This document shows positions 11,801 through 27,900 of a DNA stretch of 64,000 bases, piece by piece. The notes under the pieces were generated by a model, which was given only the letters and a program-made list of their open reading frames with translations, had not been told where the DNA came from and ran no database searches. A program made the position numbers and the translations under genes. The stretch's first letter is position 1, and each line of letters begins with the position of its first letter. Source of the stretch: Auanema rhodensis. Taxonomy: Eukaryota > Animalia > Nematoda. Where the stretch lies: assembly GCA_964057225.1 (NCBI GenBank), contig OZ059894.1, positions 20,212,001 through 20,276,000 on the forward strand, read 5' to 3'.

Positions 11801-14800
11801 GCATCGAATGCACTATACTACATTGAGAAACGCTTAATACAAAAATTAGTTATGATCGTTTGAAAAATGATGCATTAGTGTATGTTGAGTTTCCATGTAC
11901 ACTCAACATTGCTTCCAAAAACATTTTGACAAAAATTTTTTCGAAAAATTTCAAAATAATTTAGCAAAAAGTAGATGTTTTTAGATTCCTTTTTTCAAGG
12001 CAAAGACGATGGACAATGTTATTCAACGATAAAATTAATTCTTCAGGGTGAAAATCGAGGATATAAGTGTGAACTTATATCAGTTGATATCTCGGTGCAT
12101 TTTTAAGCTAGCGCAAATCTGATAACACAGATCGACGCAGCTTAAAAATCCGCATCGAATGCACTATACTACATTGAGAAACGCTCAATACAAAAATTAG
12201 TTATGATCGTTTGAAAAATGATGCATTAGTGTATGTTGAGTTTCCATGTACACTCAACATTGCTTCCAAAAACATTTTGACAAAAATTTTTTCGAAAAAT
12301 TTCAGAATAAATTAGCAAAAAGTAGATGTTTTTAGATTCCTTTTTTCAAGGCAAAGACGATGGCCAATGTTATTCAACGAAAAAATTAATTCTTCAGGGT
12401 GAAAATCGAGGATATAAGTGTGAACTTATATCAGTTGATATCTCGGTGCATTTTCAAGCTAGCGCAAATCTGATAACACAGATCGACGCAGCTTAAAAAT
12501 CCGCATCGAATGCACTATACTACATTGAGAAACGCTTAATACAAAAATTAGTTATGATCGTTTGAAAAATGATGCATTAGTGTATGTTGAGTTTCCATGT
12601 ACACTCAACATTGCTTCCAAAAACATTTTGACAAAAATTTTTTCGAAAAGTTTCAGAATAATTTAGCAAAAAGTAGATGTTTTTAGATTCCTTTTTTCAA
12701 GGAAAAGACGATGGACAATGTTATTCAACGAAAAAATTAATTCTTCAGGGTGAAAATCGAGGATATAAGTGTGAACTTATATCAGTTGATATCTCGGTGC
12801 ATTTTTAAGCTAGCGCAAATCTGATAACACAGATCGACGCAGCTTAAAAATCCGCATCGAATGCACTATACTACATTGAGAAACGCTTAATACAAAAATT
12901 AGTTATGATCGTTTGAAAAATGATGCATTAGTGTATGTTGAGTTTCCATGTACACTCAACATTGCTTCCAAAAACATTTTGACAAAAATTTTTTCGAAAA
13001 ATTTCAAAATAATTTAGCAAAAAGTAGATGTTTTTAGATTCCTTTTTTCAAGGCAAAGACGATGGACAATGTTATTCAACGATAAAATTAATTCTTCAGG
13101 GTGAAAATCGAGGATATAAGTGTGAACTTATATCAGTTGATATCTCGGTGCATTTTTAAGCTAGCGCAAATCTGATAACACAGATCGACGCAGCTTAAAA
13201 ATCCGCATCGAATGCACTATACTACATTGAGAAACGCTCAATACAAAAATTAGTTATGATCGTTTGAAAAATGATGCATTAGTGTATGTTGAGTTTCCAT
13301 GTACACTCAACATTGCTTCCAAAAACATTTTGACAAAAATTTTTTCGAAAAATTTCGGAATAAATTAGCAAAAAGTAGATGTTTTTAGATTCCTTTTTTC
13401 AAGGCAAAGACGATGGACAATGTTATTCAACGAAAAAATTAATTCTTCAGGGTGAAAATCGAGGATATAAGTGTGAACTTATATCAGTTGATATCTCGGT
13501 GCATTTTTAAGCTAGCGCAAATCTGATAACACAGATCGACGCAGCTTAAAAATCCGCATCGAATGCACTATACTACATTGAGAAACGCTTAATACAAAAA
13601 TTAGTTATGATCGTTTGAAAAATGATGCATTAGTGTATGTTGAGTTTCCATGTACACTCAACATTGCTTCCAAAAACATTTTGACAAAAATGTTTTCGAA
13701 AAATTTCAAAATAATTTAGCAAAAAGTAGATGTTTTTAGATTCCTTTTTTCAAGGCAAAGACGATGGACAATGTTATTCAACGATAAAATTAATTCTTCA
13801 GGGTGAAAATCGAGGATATAAGTGTGAACTTATATCAGTTGATATCTCGGTGCATTTTTAAGCTAGCGCAAATCTGATAACACAGATCGACGCAGCTTAA
13901 AAATCCGCATCGAATGCACTATACTACATTGAGAAACGCTCAATACAAAAATTAGTTATGATCGTTTGAAAAATGATGCATTAGTGTATGTTGAGTTTCC
14001 ATGTACACTCAACATTGCTTCCAAAAACATTTTGACAAAAATTTTTTCGAAAAATTTCGGAATAAATTAGCAAAAAGTAGATGTTTTTAGATTCCTTTTT
14101 TCAAGGCAAAGACGATGGACAATGTTATTCAACGAAAAAATTAATTCTTCAGGGTGAAAATCGAGGATATAAGTGTGAACTTATATCAGTTGATATCTCG
14201 GTGCATTTTTAAGCTAGCGCAAATCTGATAACACAGATCGACGCAGCTTAAAAATCCGCATCGAATGCACTATACTACATTGAGAAACGCTTAATACAAA
14301 AATTAGTTATGATCGTTTGAAAAATGATGCATTAGTGTATGTTGAGTTTCCATGTACACTCAACATTGCTTCCAAAAACATTTTGACAAAAATTTTTTCG
14401 AAAAATTTCAAAATAATTTAGCAAAAAGTAGATGTTTTTAGATTCCTTTTTTCAAGGCAAAAACGATGGACAATGTTATTCAACGATAAAATTAATTCTT
14501 CAGGGTGAAAATCGAGGATATAAGTGTGAACTTATATCAGTTGATATCTCGGTGCATTTTAAGCTAGCGCAAATCTGATAACACAGATCGACGCAGCTTA
14601 AAAATCCGCATCGAATGCACTATACTACATTGAGAAACGCTCAATACAAAAATTAGTTATGATCGTTTGAAAAATGATGCATTAGTGTATGTTGAGTTTC
14701 CATGTACACTCAACATTGCTTCCAAAAACATTTTGACAAAAATTTTTTCGAAAAATTTCAGAATAAATTAGCAAAAAGTAGATGTTTTTAGATTCCTTTT

Positions 14801-16486
14801 TTCAAGGCAAAGACGATGGCCAATGTTATTCAACGAAAAAATTAATTCTTCAGGGTGAAAATCGAGGATATAAGTGTGAACTTATATCAGTTGATATCTC
14901 GGTGCATTTTCAAGCTAGCGCAAATCTGATAACACAGATCGACGCAGCTTAAAAATCCGCATCGAATGCACTATACTACATTGAGAAACGCTTAATACAA
15001 AAATTAGTTATGATCGTTTGAAAAATGATGCATTAGTGTATGTTGAGTTTCCATGTACACTCAACATTGCTTCCAAAAACATTTTGACAAAAATTTTTTC
15101 GAAAAGTTTCAGAATAATTTAGCAAAAAGTAGATGTTTTTAGATTCCTTTTTTCAAGGAAAAGACGATGGACAATGTTATTCAACGAAAAAATTAATTCT
15201 TCAGGGTGAAAATCGAGGATATAAGTGTGAACTTATATCAGTTGATATCTCGGTGCATTTTTAAGCTAGCGCAAATCTGATAACACAGATCGACGCAGCT
15301 TAAAAATCCGCATCGAATGCACTATACTACATTGAGAAACGCTCAATACAAAAATTAGTTATGATCGTTTGAAAAATGATGCATTAGTGTATGTTGAGTT
15401 TCCATGTACACTCAACATTGCTTCCAAAAACATTTTGACAAAAATTTTTTCAAAAAATTTCAAAATAAATTAGCAAAAAGTAGATGTTTTTAGATTCCTT
15501 TTTTCAAGGCAAAGACGATGGACAATGTTATACAACGAAAAAATTAATTCTTCAGGGTGAAAATCGAGGATATAAGTGTGAACTTATATCAGTTGATATC
15601 TCGGTGCATTTTCAAGCTAGCGCAAATCTGATAACACAGATCGACGCAGCTTAAAAATCCGCATCGAATGCACTATACTACATTGAGAAACGCTTAATAC
15701 AAAAATTAGTTATGATCGTTTGAAAAATGATGCATTAGTGTATGTTGAGTTTCCATGTACACTCAACATTGCTTCCAAAAACATTTTGACAAAAATTTTT
15801 TCGAAAAATTTCAGAATAAATTAGCAAAAAGTAGATGTTTTTAGATTCCTTTTTTTAAGGCAAAGACGATGGCCAATGTTATTCAACGAAAAAATTAATT
15901 CTTCAGGGTGAAAATCGAGGATATAAGTGTGAACTTATATCAGTTGATATCTCGGTGCATTTTTAAGCTAGCGCAAATCTGATAACACAGATCGACGCAG
16001 CTTAAAAATCCGCATCGAATGCATTATACTACATTGAGAAACGCTTAATACAAAAATTAGTTATGATCGTTTGAAAAATGATGCATTAGTGTATGTTGAG
16101 TTTCCATGTACACTCAACATTGCTTCCAAAAACATTTTGACAAAAATTTTTTCGAAAAATTTCAGAATAATTTAGCAAAAAGTAGATGTTTTTAGATTCC
16201 TTTTTTCAAGACAAAGACGATGGACAATGTTATTCAACGATAAAATCAATTCTTCAGGGTGAAAATCGAGGATATAAGTGTGAACTTATATCAGTTGATA
16301 TCTCGGTGTATTTTTAAGCTAGCGCAAATCTGATAACACAGATCGACGCAGCTTAAAAATCCGCATCGAATGCACTATACTACATTGAGAAACGCTCAAT
16401 ACAAAAATTAGTTATGATCGTTTGAAAAATGATGCATTAAATGTTGAGTTTCCATGTACACTCAACATTGCTTCCAAAAACATTTT

Positions 16487-18943
16487 GACAAAAATTTTTT
16501 CGAAAAATTTCAAAATAAATTAGCAAAAAGTAGATGTTTTTAGATTCCTTTTTTCAAGGCAAAGACGATGGACAATGTTATTCAACGAAAAAATTAATTC
16601 TTCAGAGTGAAAATCGAGGATATAAGTGTGAACTTATATCAGTTGATATCTCGGTGCATTTTTAAGCTAGCGCAAATCTGATAAAACAGATCGACGCAGC
16701 TTAAAAATTCGCATCGAATGCACTATACTACATTGAGAAACGCTTAATACAAAAATTAGTTATGATCGTTTGAAAAATGATGCATTAGTGTATGTTGAGT
16801 TTCCATGTACACTCAACATTGCTTCCAGAAACATTTTGACAAAAATTTTTTCGAAAAATTTCAAGATAAATTAGCAAAAAGTAGATGTTTTTAGATTCCT
16901 TTTTTCAAGACAAAGACGATGGACAATGTTATTCAACGATAAAATCAATTCTTCAGGGTGAAAATCGAGGATATAAGTGTGAACTTATATCAGTTGATAT
17001 CTCGGTGCATTTTTAAGCTAGCGCAAATCTGATAACACAGATCGACGCAGCTTAAAAATCCGCATCGAATGCACTATACTACATTGATAAACAATCAATA
17101 CAAAAATTAGTTATGATCGTTTGAAAAATGATGCATTAGTGTATGTTGAGTTTCCATGTACACTCAACATTGCTTCCAAAAACATTTTGACAAAAATTTT
17201 TTCGAAAAATTTCAAAATAATTTAGCAAAAAGTAGATGTTTTTAGATTCCTTTTTTCAAGGCAAAGACGATGGACAATGTTATTCAACGATAAAATTAAT
17301 TCTTCAGGGTGAAAATCGAGGATATAAGTGTGAACTTATATCAGTTGATATCTCGGTGCATTTTTAAGCTAGCGCAAATCTGATAACACAGATCGACGCA
17401 GCTTAAAAATCCGCATCGAATGCATTATACTACATTGAGAAACGCTTAATACAAAAATTAGTTATGATCGTTTGAAAAATGATGCATTAGTGTATGTTGA
17501 GTTTCCATGTACACTCAACATTGCTTCCAAAAACATTTTGACAAAAATTTTTTCGAAAAATTTCATAATAATTTAGCAAAAAGTAGATGTTTTTAGATTC
17601 CTTTTTTCAAGACAAAGACGATGGACAATGTTATTCAACGATAAAATCAATTCTTCAGGGTGAAAATCGAGGATATAAGTGTGAACTTATATCAGTTGAT
17701 ATCTCGGTGTATTTTCAAGCTAGCGCAAATCTGATAACACAGATCGACGCAGCTTAAAAATCCGCATCGAATGCACTATACTACATTGAGAAACGCTCAA
17801 TACAAAAATTAGTTATGATCGTTTGAAAAATGATGCATTAGTGTATGTTGAGTTTCCATGTACACTCAACATTGCTTCCAAAAACATTTTGACAAAAATT
17901 TTTTCAAAAAATTTCAAAATAAATTAGCAAAAAGTAGATGTTTTTAGATTCCTTTTTTCAAGGCAAAGACGATGGACAATGTTATACAACGAAAAAATTA
18001 ATTCTTCAGGGTGAAAATCGAGGATATAAGTGTGAACTTATATCAGTTGATATCTCGGTGCATTTTCAAGCTAGCGCAAATCTGATAACACAGATCGACG
18101 CAGCTTAAAAATCCGCATCGAATGCACTATACTACATTGAGAAACGCTTAATACAAAAATTAGTTATGATCGTTTGAAAAATGATGCATTAGTGTATGTT
18201 GAGTTTCCATGTACACTCAACATTGCTTCCAAAAACATTTTGACAAAAATTTTTTCGAAAAATTTCAGAATAAATTAGCAAAAAGTAGATGTTTTTAGAT
18301 TCCTTTTTTCAAGGCAAAGACGATGGCCAATGTTATTCAACGAAAAAATTAATTCTTCAGGGTGAAAATCGAGGATATAAGTGTGAACTTATATCAGTTG
18401 ATATCTCGGTGCATTTTCAAGCTAGCGCAAATCTGATAACACAGATCGACGCAGCTTAAAAATCCGCATCGAATGCACTATACTACATTGAGAAACGCTT
18501 AATACAAAAATTAGTTATGATCGTTTGAAAAATGATGCATTAGTGTATGTTGAGTTTCCATGTACACTCAACATTGCTTCCAAAAACATTTTGACAAAAA
18601 TTTTTTCGAAAAGTTTCAGAATAATTTAGCAAAAAGTAGATGTTTTTAGATTCCTTTTTTCAAGGAAAAGACGATGGACAATGTTATTCAACGAAAAAAT
18701 TAATTCTTCAGGGTGAAAATCGAGGATATAAGTGTGAACTTATATCAGTTGATATCTCGGTGCATTTTCAAGCTAGCGCAAATCTGATAACACAGATCGA
18801 CGCAGCTTAAAAATCCGCATCGAATGCACTATACTACATTGAGAAACGCTCAATACAAAAATTAGTTATGATCGTTTGAAAAATGATGCATTAGTGTATG
18901 TTGAGTTTCCATGTACACTCAACATTGCTTCCAAAAACATTTT
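16487..18943 (+). repeat. 7-monomer higher-order repeat unit (2457 bp), first complete copy
   Basis: Ordered monomer types: A (GATAAAACAG, ATTCGCA, TCCAGAAA), B (CAAGATAAA, AAGACAAA, GATAAACAATC), C (GCATTATAC), D (TTCATAAT, GGTGTAT), E (GTTATACAAC), F (GATGGCC), G (AAAGTTTC, AAGGAAAAG). Confidence 0.85.
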
Positions 18944-21900
18944 GACAAAAATTTTTTCGAAAAATTTCAAAATAATTTAGCAAAAAGTAGATGTTTTTAG
19001 ATTCCTTTTTTCAAGGCAAAGACGATGGACAATGTTATTCAACGATAAAATTAATTCTTCAGGGTGAAAATCGAGGATATAAGTGTGAACTTATATCAGT
19101 TGATATCTCGGTGCATTTTTAAGCTAGCGCAAATCTGATAAAACAGATCGACGCAGCTTAAAAATTCGCATCGAATGCACTATACTACATTGAGAAACGC
19201 TTAATACAAAAATTAGTTATGATCGTTTGAAAAATGATGCATTAGTGTATGTTGAGTTTCCATGTACACTCAACATTGCTTCCAGAAACATTTTGACAAA
19301 AATTTTTTCGAAAAATTTCAAGATAAATTAGCAAAAAGTAGATGTTTTTAGATTCCTTTTTTCAAGACAAAGACGATGGACAATGTTATTCAACGATAAA
19401 ATCAATTCTTCAGGGTGAAAATCGAGGATATAAGTGTGAACTTATTTCAGTTGATATCTCGGTGCATTTTTAAGCTAGCGCAAATCTGATAACACAGATC
19501 GACGCAGCTTAAAAATCCGCATCGAATGCACTATACTACATTGATAAACAATCAATACAAAAATTAGTTATGATCGTTTGAAAAATGATGCATTAGTGTA
19601 TGTTGAGTTTCCATGTACACTCAACATTGCTTCCAAAAACATTTTGACAAAAATTTTTTCGAAAAATTTCAAAATAATTTAGCAAAAAGTAGATGTTTTT
19701 AGATTCCTTTTTTCAAGGCAAAGACGATGGACAATGTTATTCAACGATAAAATTAATTCTTCAGGGTGAAAATCGAGGATATAAGTGTGAACTTATATCA
19801 GTTGATATCTCGGTGCATTTTTAAGCTAGCGCAAATCTGATAACACAGATCGACGCAGCTTAAAAATCCGCATCGAATGCATTATACTACATTGAGAAAC
19901 GCTTAATACAAAAATTAGTTATGATCGTTTGAAAAATGATGCATTAGTGTATGTTGAGTTTCCATGTACACTCAACATTGCTTCCAAAAACATTTTGACA
20001 AAAATTTTTTCGAAAAGTTTCAGAATAATTTAGCAAAAAGTAGATGTTTTTAGATTCCTTTTTTCAAGGCAAAGACGATGGACAATGTTATTCAACGATA
20101 AAATTAATTCTTCAGGGTGAAAATCGAGGATATAAGTGTGAACTTATATCAGTTGATATCTCGGTGCATTTTTAAGCTAGCGCAAATCTGATAACACAGA
20201 TCGACGCAGCTTAAAAATCCGCATCGAATGCATTATACTACATTGAGAAACGCTTAATACAAAAATTAGTTATGATCGTTTGAAAAATGATGCATTAGTG
20301 TATGTTGAGTTTCCATGTACACTCAACATTGCTTCCAAAAACATTTTGACAAAAATTTTTTCGAAAAGTTTCAGAATAATTTAGCAAAAAGTAGATGTTT
20401 TTAGATTCCTTTTTTCAAGGAAAAGACGATGGACAATGTTATTCAACGAAAAAATTAATTCTTCAGGGTGAAAATCGAGGATATAAGTGTGAACTTATAT
20501 CAGTTGATATCTCGGTGCATTTTCAAGCTAGCGCAAATCTGATAACACAGATCGACGCAGCTTAAAAATCCGCATCGAATGCACTATACTACATTGAGAA
20601 ACAATCAATACAAAAATTAGTTATGATCGTTTGAAAAATGATGCATTAGTGTATGTTGAGTTTCCATGTACACTCAACATTGCTTCCAAAAACATTTTGA
20701 CAAAAATTTTTTCGAAAAATTTCAAAATAATTTAGCAAAAAGTAGATGTTTTTAGATTCCTTTTTTCAAGGCAAAGACGATGGACAATGTTATTCAACGA
20801 TAAAATTAATTCTTCAGGGTGAAAATCGAGGATATAAGTGTGAACTTATATCAGTTGATATCTCGGTGCATTTTTAAGCTAGCGCAAATCTGATAACACA
20901 GATCGACGCAGCTTAAAAATCCGCATCGAATGCATTATACTACATTGAGAAACGCTTAATACAAAAATTAGTTATGATCGTTTGAAAAATGATGCATTAG
21001 TGTATGTTGAGTTTCCATGTACACTCAACATTGCTTCCAAAAACATTTTGACAAAAATTTTTTCGAAAAGTTTCAGAATAATTTAGCAAAAAGTAGATGT
21101 TTTTAGATTCCTTTTTTCAAGGCAAAGACGATGGACAATGTTATTCAACGATAAAATTAATTCTTCAGGGTGAAAATCGAGGATATAAGTGTGAACTTAT
21201 ATCAGTTGATATCTCGGTGCATTTTTAAGCTAGCGCAAATCTGATAACACAGATCGACGCAGCTTAAAAATCCGCATCGAATGCATTATACTACATTGAG
21301 AAACGCTTAATACAAAAATTAGTTATGATCGTTTGAAAAATGATGCATTAGTGTATGTTGAGTTTCCATGTACACTCAACATTGCTTCCAAAAACATTTT
21401 GACAAAAATTTTTTCGAAAAGTTTCAGAATAATTTAGCAAAAAGTAGATGTTTTTAGATTCCTTTTTTCAAGGAAAAGACGATGGACAATGTTATTCAAC
21501 GAAAAAATTAATTCTTCAGGGTGAAAATCGAGGATATAAGTGTGAACTTATATCAGTTGATATCTCGGTGCATTTTCAAGCTAGCGCAAATCTGATAACA
21601 CAGATCGACGCAGCTTAAAAATCCGCATCGAATGCACTATACTACATTGAGAAACGCTCAATACAAAAATTAGTTATGATCGTTTGAAAAATGATGCATT
21701 AAATGTTGAGTTTCCATGTACACTCAACATTGCTTCCAAAAACATTTTGACAAAAATTTTTTCGAAAAATTTCAAAATAATTTAGCAAAAAGTAGATGTT
21801 TTTAGATTCCTTTTTTCAAGGCAAAGACGATGGACAATGTTATTCAACGATAAAATTAATTCTTCAGGGTGAAAATCGAGGATATAAGTGTGAACTTATA

Positions 21901-24900
21901 TCAGTTGATATCTCGGTGCATTTTTAAGCTAGCGCAAATCTGATAAAACAGATCGACGCAGCTTAAAAATTCGCATCGAATGCACTATACTACATTGAGA
22001 AACGCTTAATACAAAAATTAGTTATGATCGTTTGAAAAATGATGCATTAGTGTATGTTGAGTTTCCATGTACACTCAACATTGCTTCCAGAAACATTTTG
22101 ACAAAAATTTTTTCGAAAAATTTCAAGATAAATTAGCAAAAAGTAGATGTTTTTAGATTCCTTTTTTCAAGACAAAGACGATGGACAATGTTATTCAACG
22201 ATAAAATCAATTCTTCAGGGTGAAAATCGAGGATATAAGTGTGAACTTATATCAGTTGATATCTCGGTGCATTTTTAAGCTAGCGCAAATCTGATAACAC
22301 AGATCGACGCAGCTTAAAAATCCGCATCGAATGCACTATACTACATTGATAAACAATCAATACAAAAATTAGTTATGATCGTTTGAAAAATGATGCATTA
22401 GTGTATGTTGAGTTTCCATGTACACTCAACATTGCTTCCAAAAACATTTTGACAAAAATTTTTTCGAAAAATTTCAAAATAATTTAGCAAAAAGTAGATG
22501 TTTTTAGATTCCTTTTTTCAAGGCAAAGACGATGGACAATGTTATTCAACGATAAAATTAATTCTTCAGGGTGAAAATCGAGGATATAAGTGTGAACTTA
22601 TATCAGTTGATATCTCGGTGCATTTTTAAGCTAGCGCAAATCTGATAACACAGATCGACGCAGCTTAAAAATCCGCATCGAATGCATTATACTACATTGA
22701 GAAACGCTTAATACAAAAATTAGTTATGATCGTTTGAAAAATGATGCATTAGTGTATGTTGAGTTTCCATGTACACTCAACATTGCTTCCAAAAACATTT
22801 TGACAAAAATTTTTTCGAAAAATTTCATAATAATTTAGCAAAAAGTAGATGTTTTTAGATTCCTTTTTTCAAGACAAAGACGATGGACAATGTTATTCAA
22901 CGATAAAATCAATTCTTCAGGGTGAAAATCGAGGATATAAGTGTGAACTTATATCAGTTGATATCTCGGTGTATTTTCAAGCTAGCGCAAATCTGATAAC
23001 ACAGATCGACGCAGCTTAAAAATCCGCATCGAATGCACTATACTACATTGAGAAACGCTCAATACAAAAATTAGTTATGATCGTTTGAAAAATGATGCAT
23101 TAGTGTATGTTGAGTTTCCATGTACACTCAACATTGCTTCCAAAAACATTTTGACAAAAATTTTTTCAAAAAATTTCAAAATAAATTAGCAAAAAGTAGA
23201 TGTTTTTAGATTCCTTTTTTCAAGGCAAAGACGATGGACAATGTTATACAACGAAAAAATTAATTCTTCAGGGTGAAAATCGAGGATATAAGTGTGAACT
23301 TATATCAGTTGATATCTCGGTGCATTTTCAAGCTAGCGCAAATCTGATAACACAGATCGACGCAGCTTAAAAATCCGCATCGAATGCACTATACTACATT
23401 GAGAAACGCTTAATACAAAAATTAGTTATGATCGTTTGAAAAATGATGCATTAGTGTATGTTGAGTTTCCATGTACACTCAACATTGCTTCCAAAAACAT
23501 TTTGACAAAAATTTTTTCGAAAAATTTCAGAATAAATTAGCAAAAAGTAGATGTTTTTAGATTCCTTTTTTCAAGGCAAAGACGATGGCCAATGTTATTC
23601 AACGAAAAAATTAATTCTTCAGGGTGAAAATCGAGGATATAAGTGTGAACTTATATCAGTTGATATCTCGGTGCATTTTCAAGCTAGCGCAAATCTGATA
23701 ACACAGATCGACGCAGCTTAAAAATCCGCATCGAATGCACTATACTACATTGAGAAACGCTTAATACAAAAATTAGTTATGATCGTTTGAAAAATGATGC
23801 ATTAGTGTATGTTGAGTTTCCATGTACACTCAACATTGCTTCCAAAAACATTTTGACAAAAATTTTTTCGAAAAATTTCAGAATAAATTAGCAAAAAGTA
23901 GATGTTTTTAGATTCCTTTTTTCAAGGCAAAGACGATGGCCAATGTTATTCAACGAAAAAATTAATTCTTCAGGGTGAAAATCGAGGATATAAGTGTGAA
24001 CTTATATCAGTTGATATCTCGGTGCATTTTCAAGCTAGCGCAAATCTGATAACACAGATCGACGCAGCTTAAAAATCCGCATCGAATGCACTATACTACA
24101 TTGAGAAACGCTTAATACAAAAATTAGTTATGATCGTTTGAAAAATGATGCATTAGTGTATGTTGAGTTTCCATGTACACTCAACATTGCTTCCAAAAAC
24201 ATTTTGACAAAAATTTTTTCGAAAAGTTTCAGAATAATTTAGCAAAAAGTAGATGTTTTTAGATTCCTTTTTTCAAGGAAAAGACGATGGACAATGTTAT
24301 TCAACGAAAAAATTAATTCTTCAGGGTGAAAATCGAGGATATAAGTGTGAACTTATATCAGTTGATATCTCGGTGCATTTTCAAGCTAGCGCAAATCTGA
24401 TAACACAGATCGACGCAGCTTAAAAATCCGCATCGAATGCACTATACTACATTGAGAAACGCTCAATACAAAAATTAGTTATGATCGTTTGAAAAATGAT
24501 GCATTAGTGTATGTTGAGTTTCCATGTACACTCAACATTGCTTCCAAAAACATTTTGACAAAAATTTTTTCGAAAAATTTCAAAATAATTTAGCAAAAAG
24601 TAGATGTTTTTAGATTCCTTTTTTCAAGGCAAAGACGATGGACAATGTTATTCAACGATAAAATTAATTCTTCAGGGTGAAAATCGAGGATATAAGTGTG
24701 AACTTATATCAGTTGATATCTCGGTGCATTTTTAAGCTAGCGCAAATCTGATAAAACAGATCGACGCAGCTTAAAAATTCGCATCGAATGCACTATACTA
24801 CATTGAGAAACGCTTAATACAAAAATTAGTTATGATCGTTTGAAAAATGATGCATTAGTGTATGTTGAGTTTCCATGTACACTCAACATTGCTTCCAGAA

Positions 24901-27900
24901 ACATTTTGACAAAAATTTTTTCGAAAAATTTCAAGATAAATTAGCAAAAAGTAGATGTTTTTAGATTCCTTTTTTCAAGACAAAGACGATGGACAATGTT
25001 ATTCAACGATAAAATCAATTCTTCAGGGTGAAAATCGAGGATATAAGTGTGAACTTATTTCAGTTGATATCTCGGTGCATTTTTAAGCTAGCGCAAATCT
25101 GATAACACAGATCGACGCAGCTTAAAAATCCGCATCGAATGCACTATACTACATTGATAAACAATCAATACAAAAATTAGTTATGATCGTTTGAAAAATG
25201 ATGCATTAGTGTATGTTGAGTTTCCATGTACACTCAACATTGCTTCCAAAAACATTTTGACAAAAATTTTTTCGAAAAATTTCAAAATAATTTAGCAAAA
25301 AGTAGATGTTTTTAGATTCCTTTTTTCAAGGCAAAGACGATGGACAATGTTATTCAACGATAAAATTAATTCTTCAGGGTGAAAATCGAGGATATAAGTG
25401 TGAACTTATATCAGTTGATATCTCGGTGCATTTTTAAGCTAGCGCAAATCTGATAACACAGATCGACGCAGCTTAAAAATCCGCATCGAATGCATTATAC
25501 TACATTGAGAAACGCTTAATACAAAAATTAGTTATGATCGTTTGAAAAATGATGCATTAGTGTATGTTGAGTTTCCATGTACACTCAACATTGCTTCCAA
25601 AAACATTTTGACAAAAATTTTTTCGAAAAGTTTCAGAATAATTTAGCAAAAAGTAGATGTTTTTAGATTCCTTTTTTCAAGGCAAAGACGATGGACAATG
25701 TTATTCAACGATAAAATTAATTCTTCAGGGTGAAAATCGAGGATATAAGTGTGAACTTATATCAGTTGATATCTCGGTGCATTTTTAAGCTAGCGCAAAT
25801 CTGATAACACAGATCGACGCAGCTTAAAAATCCGCATCGAATGCATTATACTACATTGAGAAACGCTTAATACAAAAATTAGTTATGATCGTTTGAAAAA
25901 TGATGCATTAGTGTATGTTGAGTTTCCATGTACACTCAACATTGCTTCCAAAAACATTTTGACAAAAATTTTTTCGAAAAGTTTCAGAATAATTTAGCAA
26001 AAAGTAGATGTTTTTAGATTCCTTTTTTCAAGGAAAAGACGATGGACAATGTTATTCAACGAAAAAATTAATTCTTCAGGGTGAAAATCGAGGATATAAG
26101 TGTGAACTTATATCAGTTGATATCTCGGTGCATTTTCAAGCTAGCGCAAATCTGATAACACAGATCGACGCAGCTTAAAAATCCGCATCGAATGCACTAT
26201 ACTACATTGAGAAACAATCAATACAAAAATTAGTTATGATCGTTTGAAAAATGATGCATTAGTGTATGTTGAGTTTCCATGTACACTCAACATTGCTTCC
26301 AAAAACATTTTGACAAAAATTTTTTCGAAAAATTTCAAAATAATTTAGCAAAAAGTAGATGTTTTTAGATTCCTTTTTTCAAGGCAAAGACGATGGACAA
26401 TGTTATTCAACGATAAAATTAATTCTTCAGGGTGAAAATCGAGGATATAAGTGTGAACTTATATCAGTTGATATCTCGGTGCATTTTTAAGCTAGCGCAA
26501 ATCTGATAACACAGATCGACGCAGCTTAAAAATCCGCATCGAATGCATTATACTACATTGAGAAACGCTTAATACAAAAATTAGTTATGATCGTTTGAAA
26601 AATGATGCATTAGTGTATGTTGAGTTTCCATGTACACTCAACATTGCTTCCAAAAACATTTTGACAAAAATTTTTTCGAAAAGTTTCAGAATAATTTAGC
26701 AAAAAGTAGATGTTTTTAGATTCCTTTTTTCAAGGCAAAGACGATGGACAATGTTATTCAACGATAAAATTAATTCTTCAGGGTGAAAATCGAGGATATA
26801 AGTGTGAACTTATATCAGTTGATATCTCGGTGCATTTTTAAGCTAGCGCAAATCTGATAACACAGATCGACGCAGCTTAAAAATCCGCATCGAATGCATT
26901 ATACTACATTGAGAAACGCTTAATACAAAAATTAGTTATGATCGTTTGAAAAATGATGCATTAGTGTATGTTGAGTTTCCATGTACACTCAACATTGCTT
27001 CCAAAAACATTTTGACAAAAATTTTTTCGAAAAGTTTCAGAATAATTTAGCAAAAAGTAGATGTTTTTAGATTCCTTTTTTCAAGGAAAAGACGATGGAC
27101 AATGTTATTCAACGAAAAAATTAATTCTTCAGGGTGAAAATCGAGGATATAAGTGTGAACTTATATCAGTTGATATCTCGGTGCATTTTCAAGCTAGCGC
27201 AAATCTGATAACACAGATCGACGCAGCTTAAAAATCCGCATCGAATGCACTATACTACATTGAGAAACGCTCAATACAAAAATTAGTTATGATCGTTTGA
27301 AAAATGATGCATTAAATGTTGAGTTTCCATGTACACTCAACATTGCTTCCAAAAACATTTTGACAAAAATTTTTTCGAAAAATTTCAAAATAATTTAGCA
27401 AAAAGTAGATGTTTTTAGATTCCTTTTTTCAAGGCAAAGACGATGGACAATGTTATTCAACGATAAAATTAATTCTTCAGGGTGAAAATCGAGGATATAA
27501 GTGTGAACTTATATCAGTTGATATCTCGGTGCATTTTTAAGCTAGCGCAAATCTGATAAAACAGATCGACGCAGCTTAAAAATTCGCATCGAATGCACTA
27601 TACTACATTGAGAAACGCTTAATACAAAAATTAGTTATGATCGTTTGAAAAATGATGCATTAGTGTATGTTGAGTTTCCATGTACACTCAACATTGCTTC
27701 CAGAAACATTTTGACAAAAATTTTTTCGAAAAATTTCAAGATAAATTAGCAAAAAGTAGATGTTTTTAGATTCCTTTTTTCAAGACAAAGACGATGGACA
27801 ATGTTATTCAACGATAAAATCAATTCTTCAGGGTGAAAATCGAGGATATAAGTGTGAACTTATATCAGTTGATATCTCGGTGCATTTTTAAGCTAGCGCA

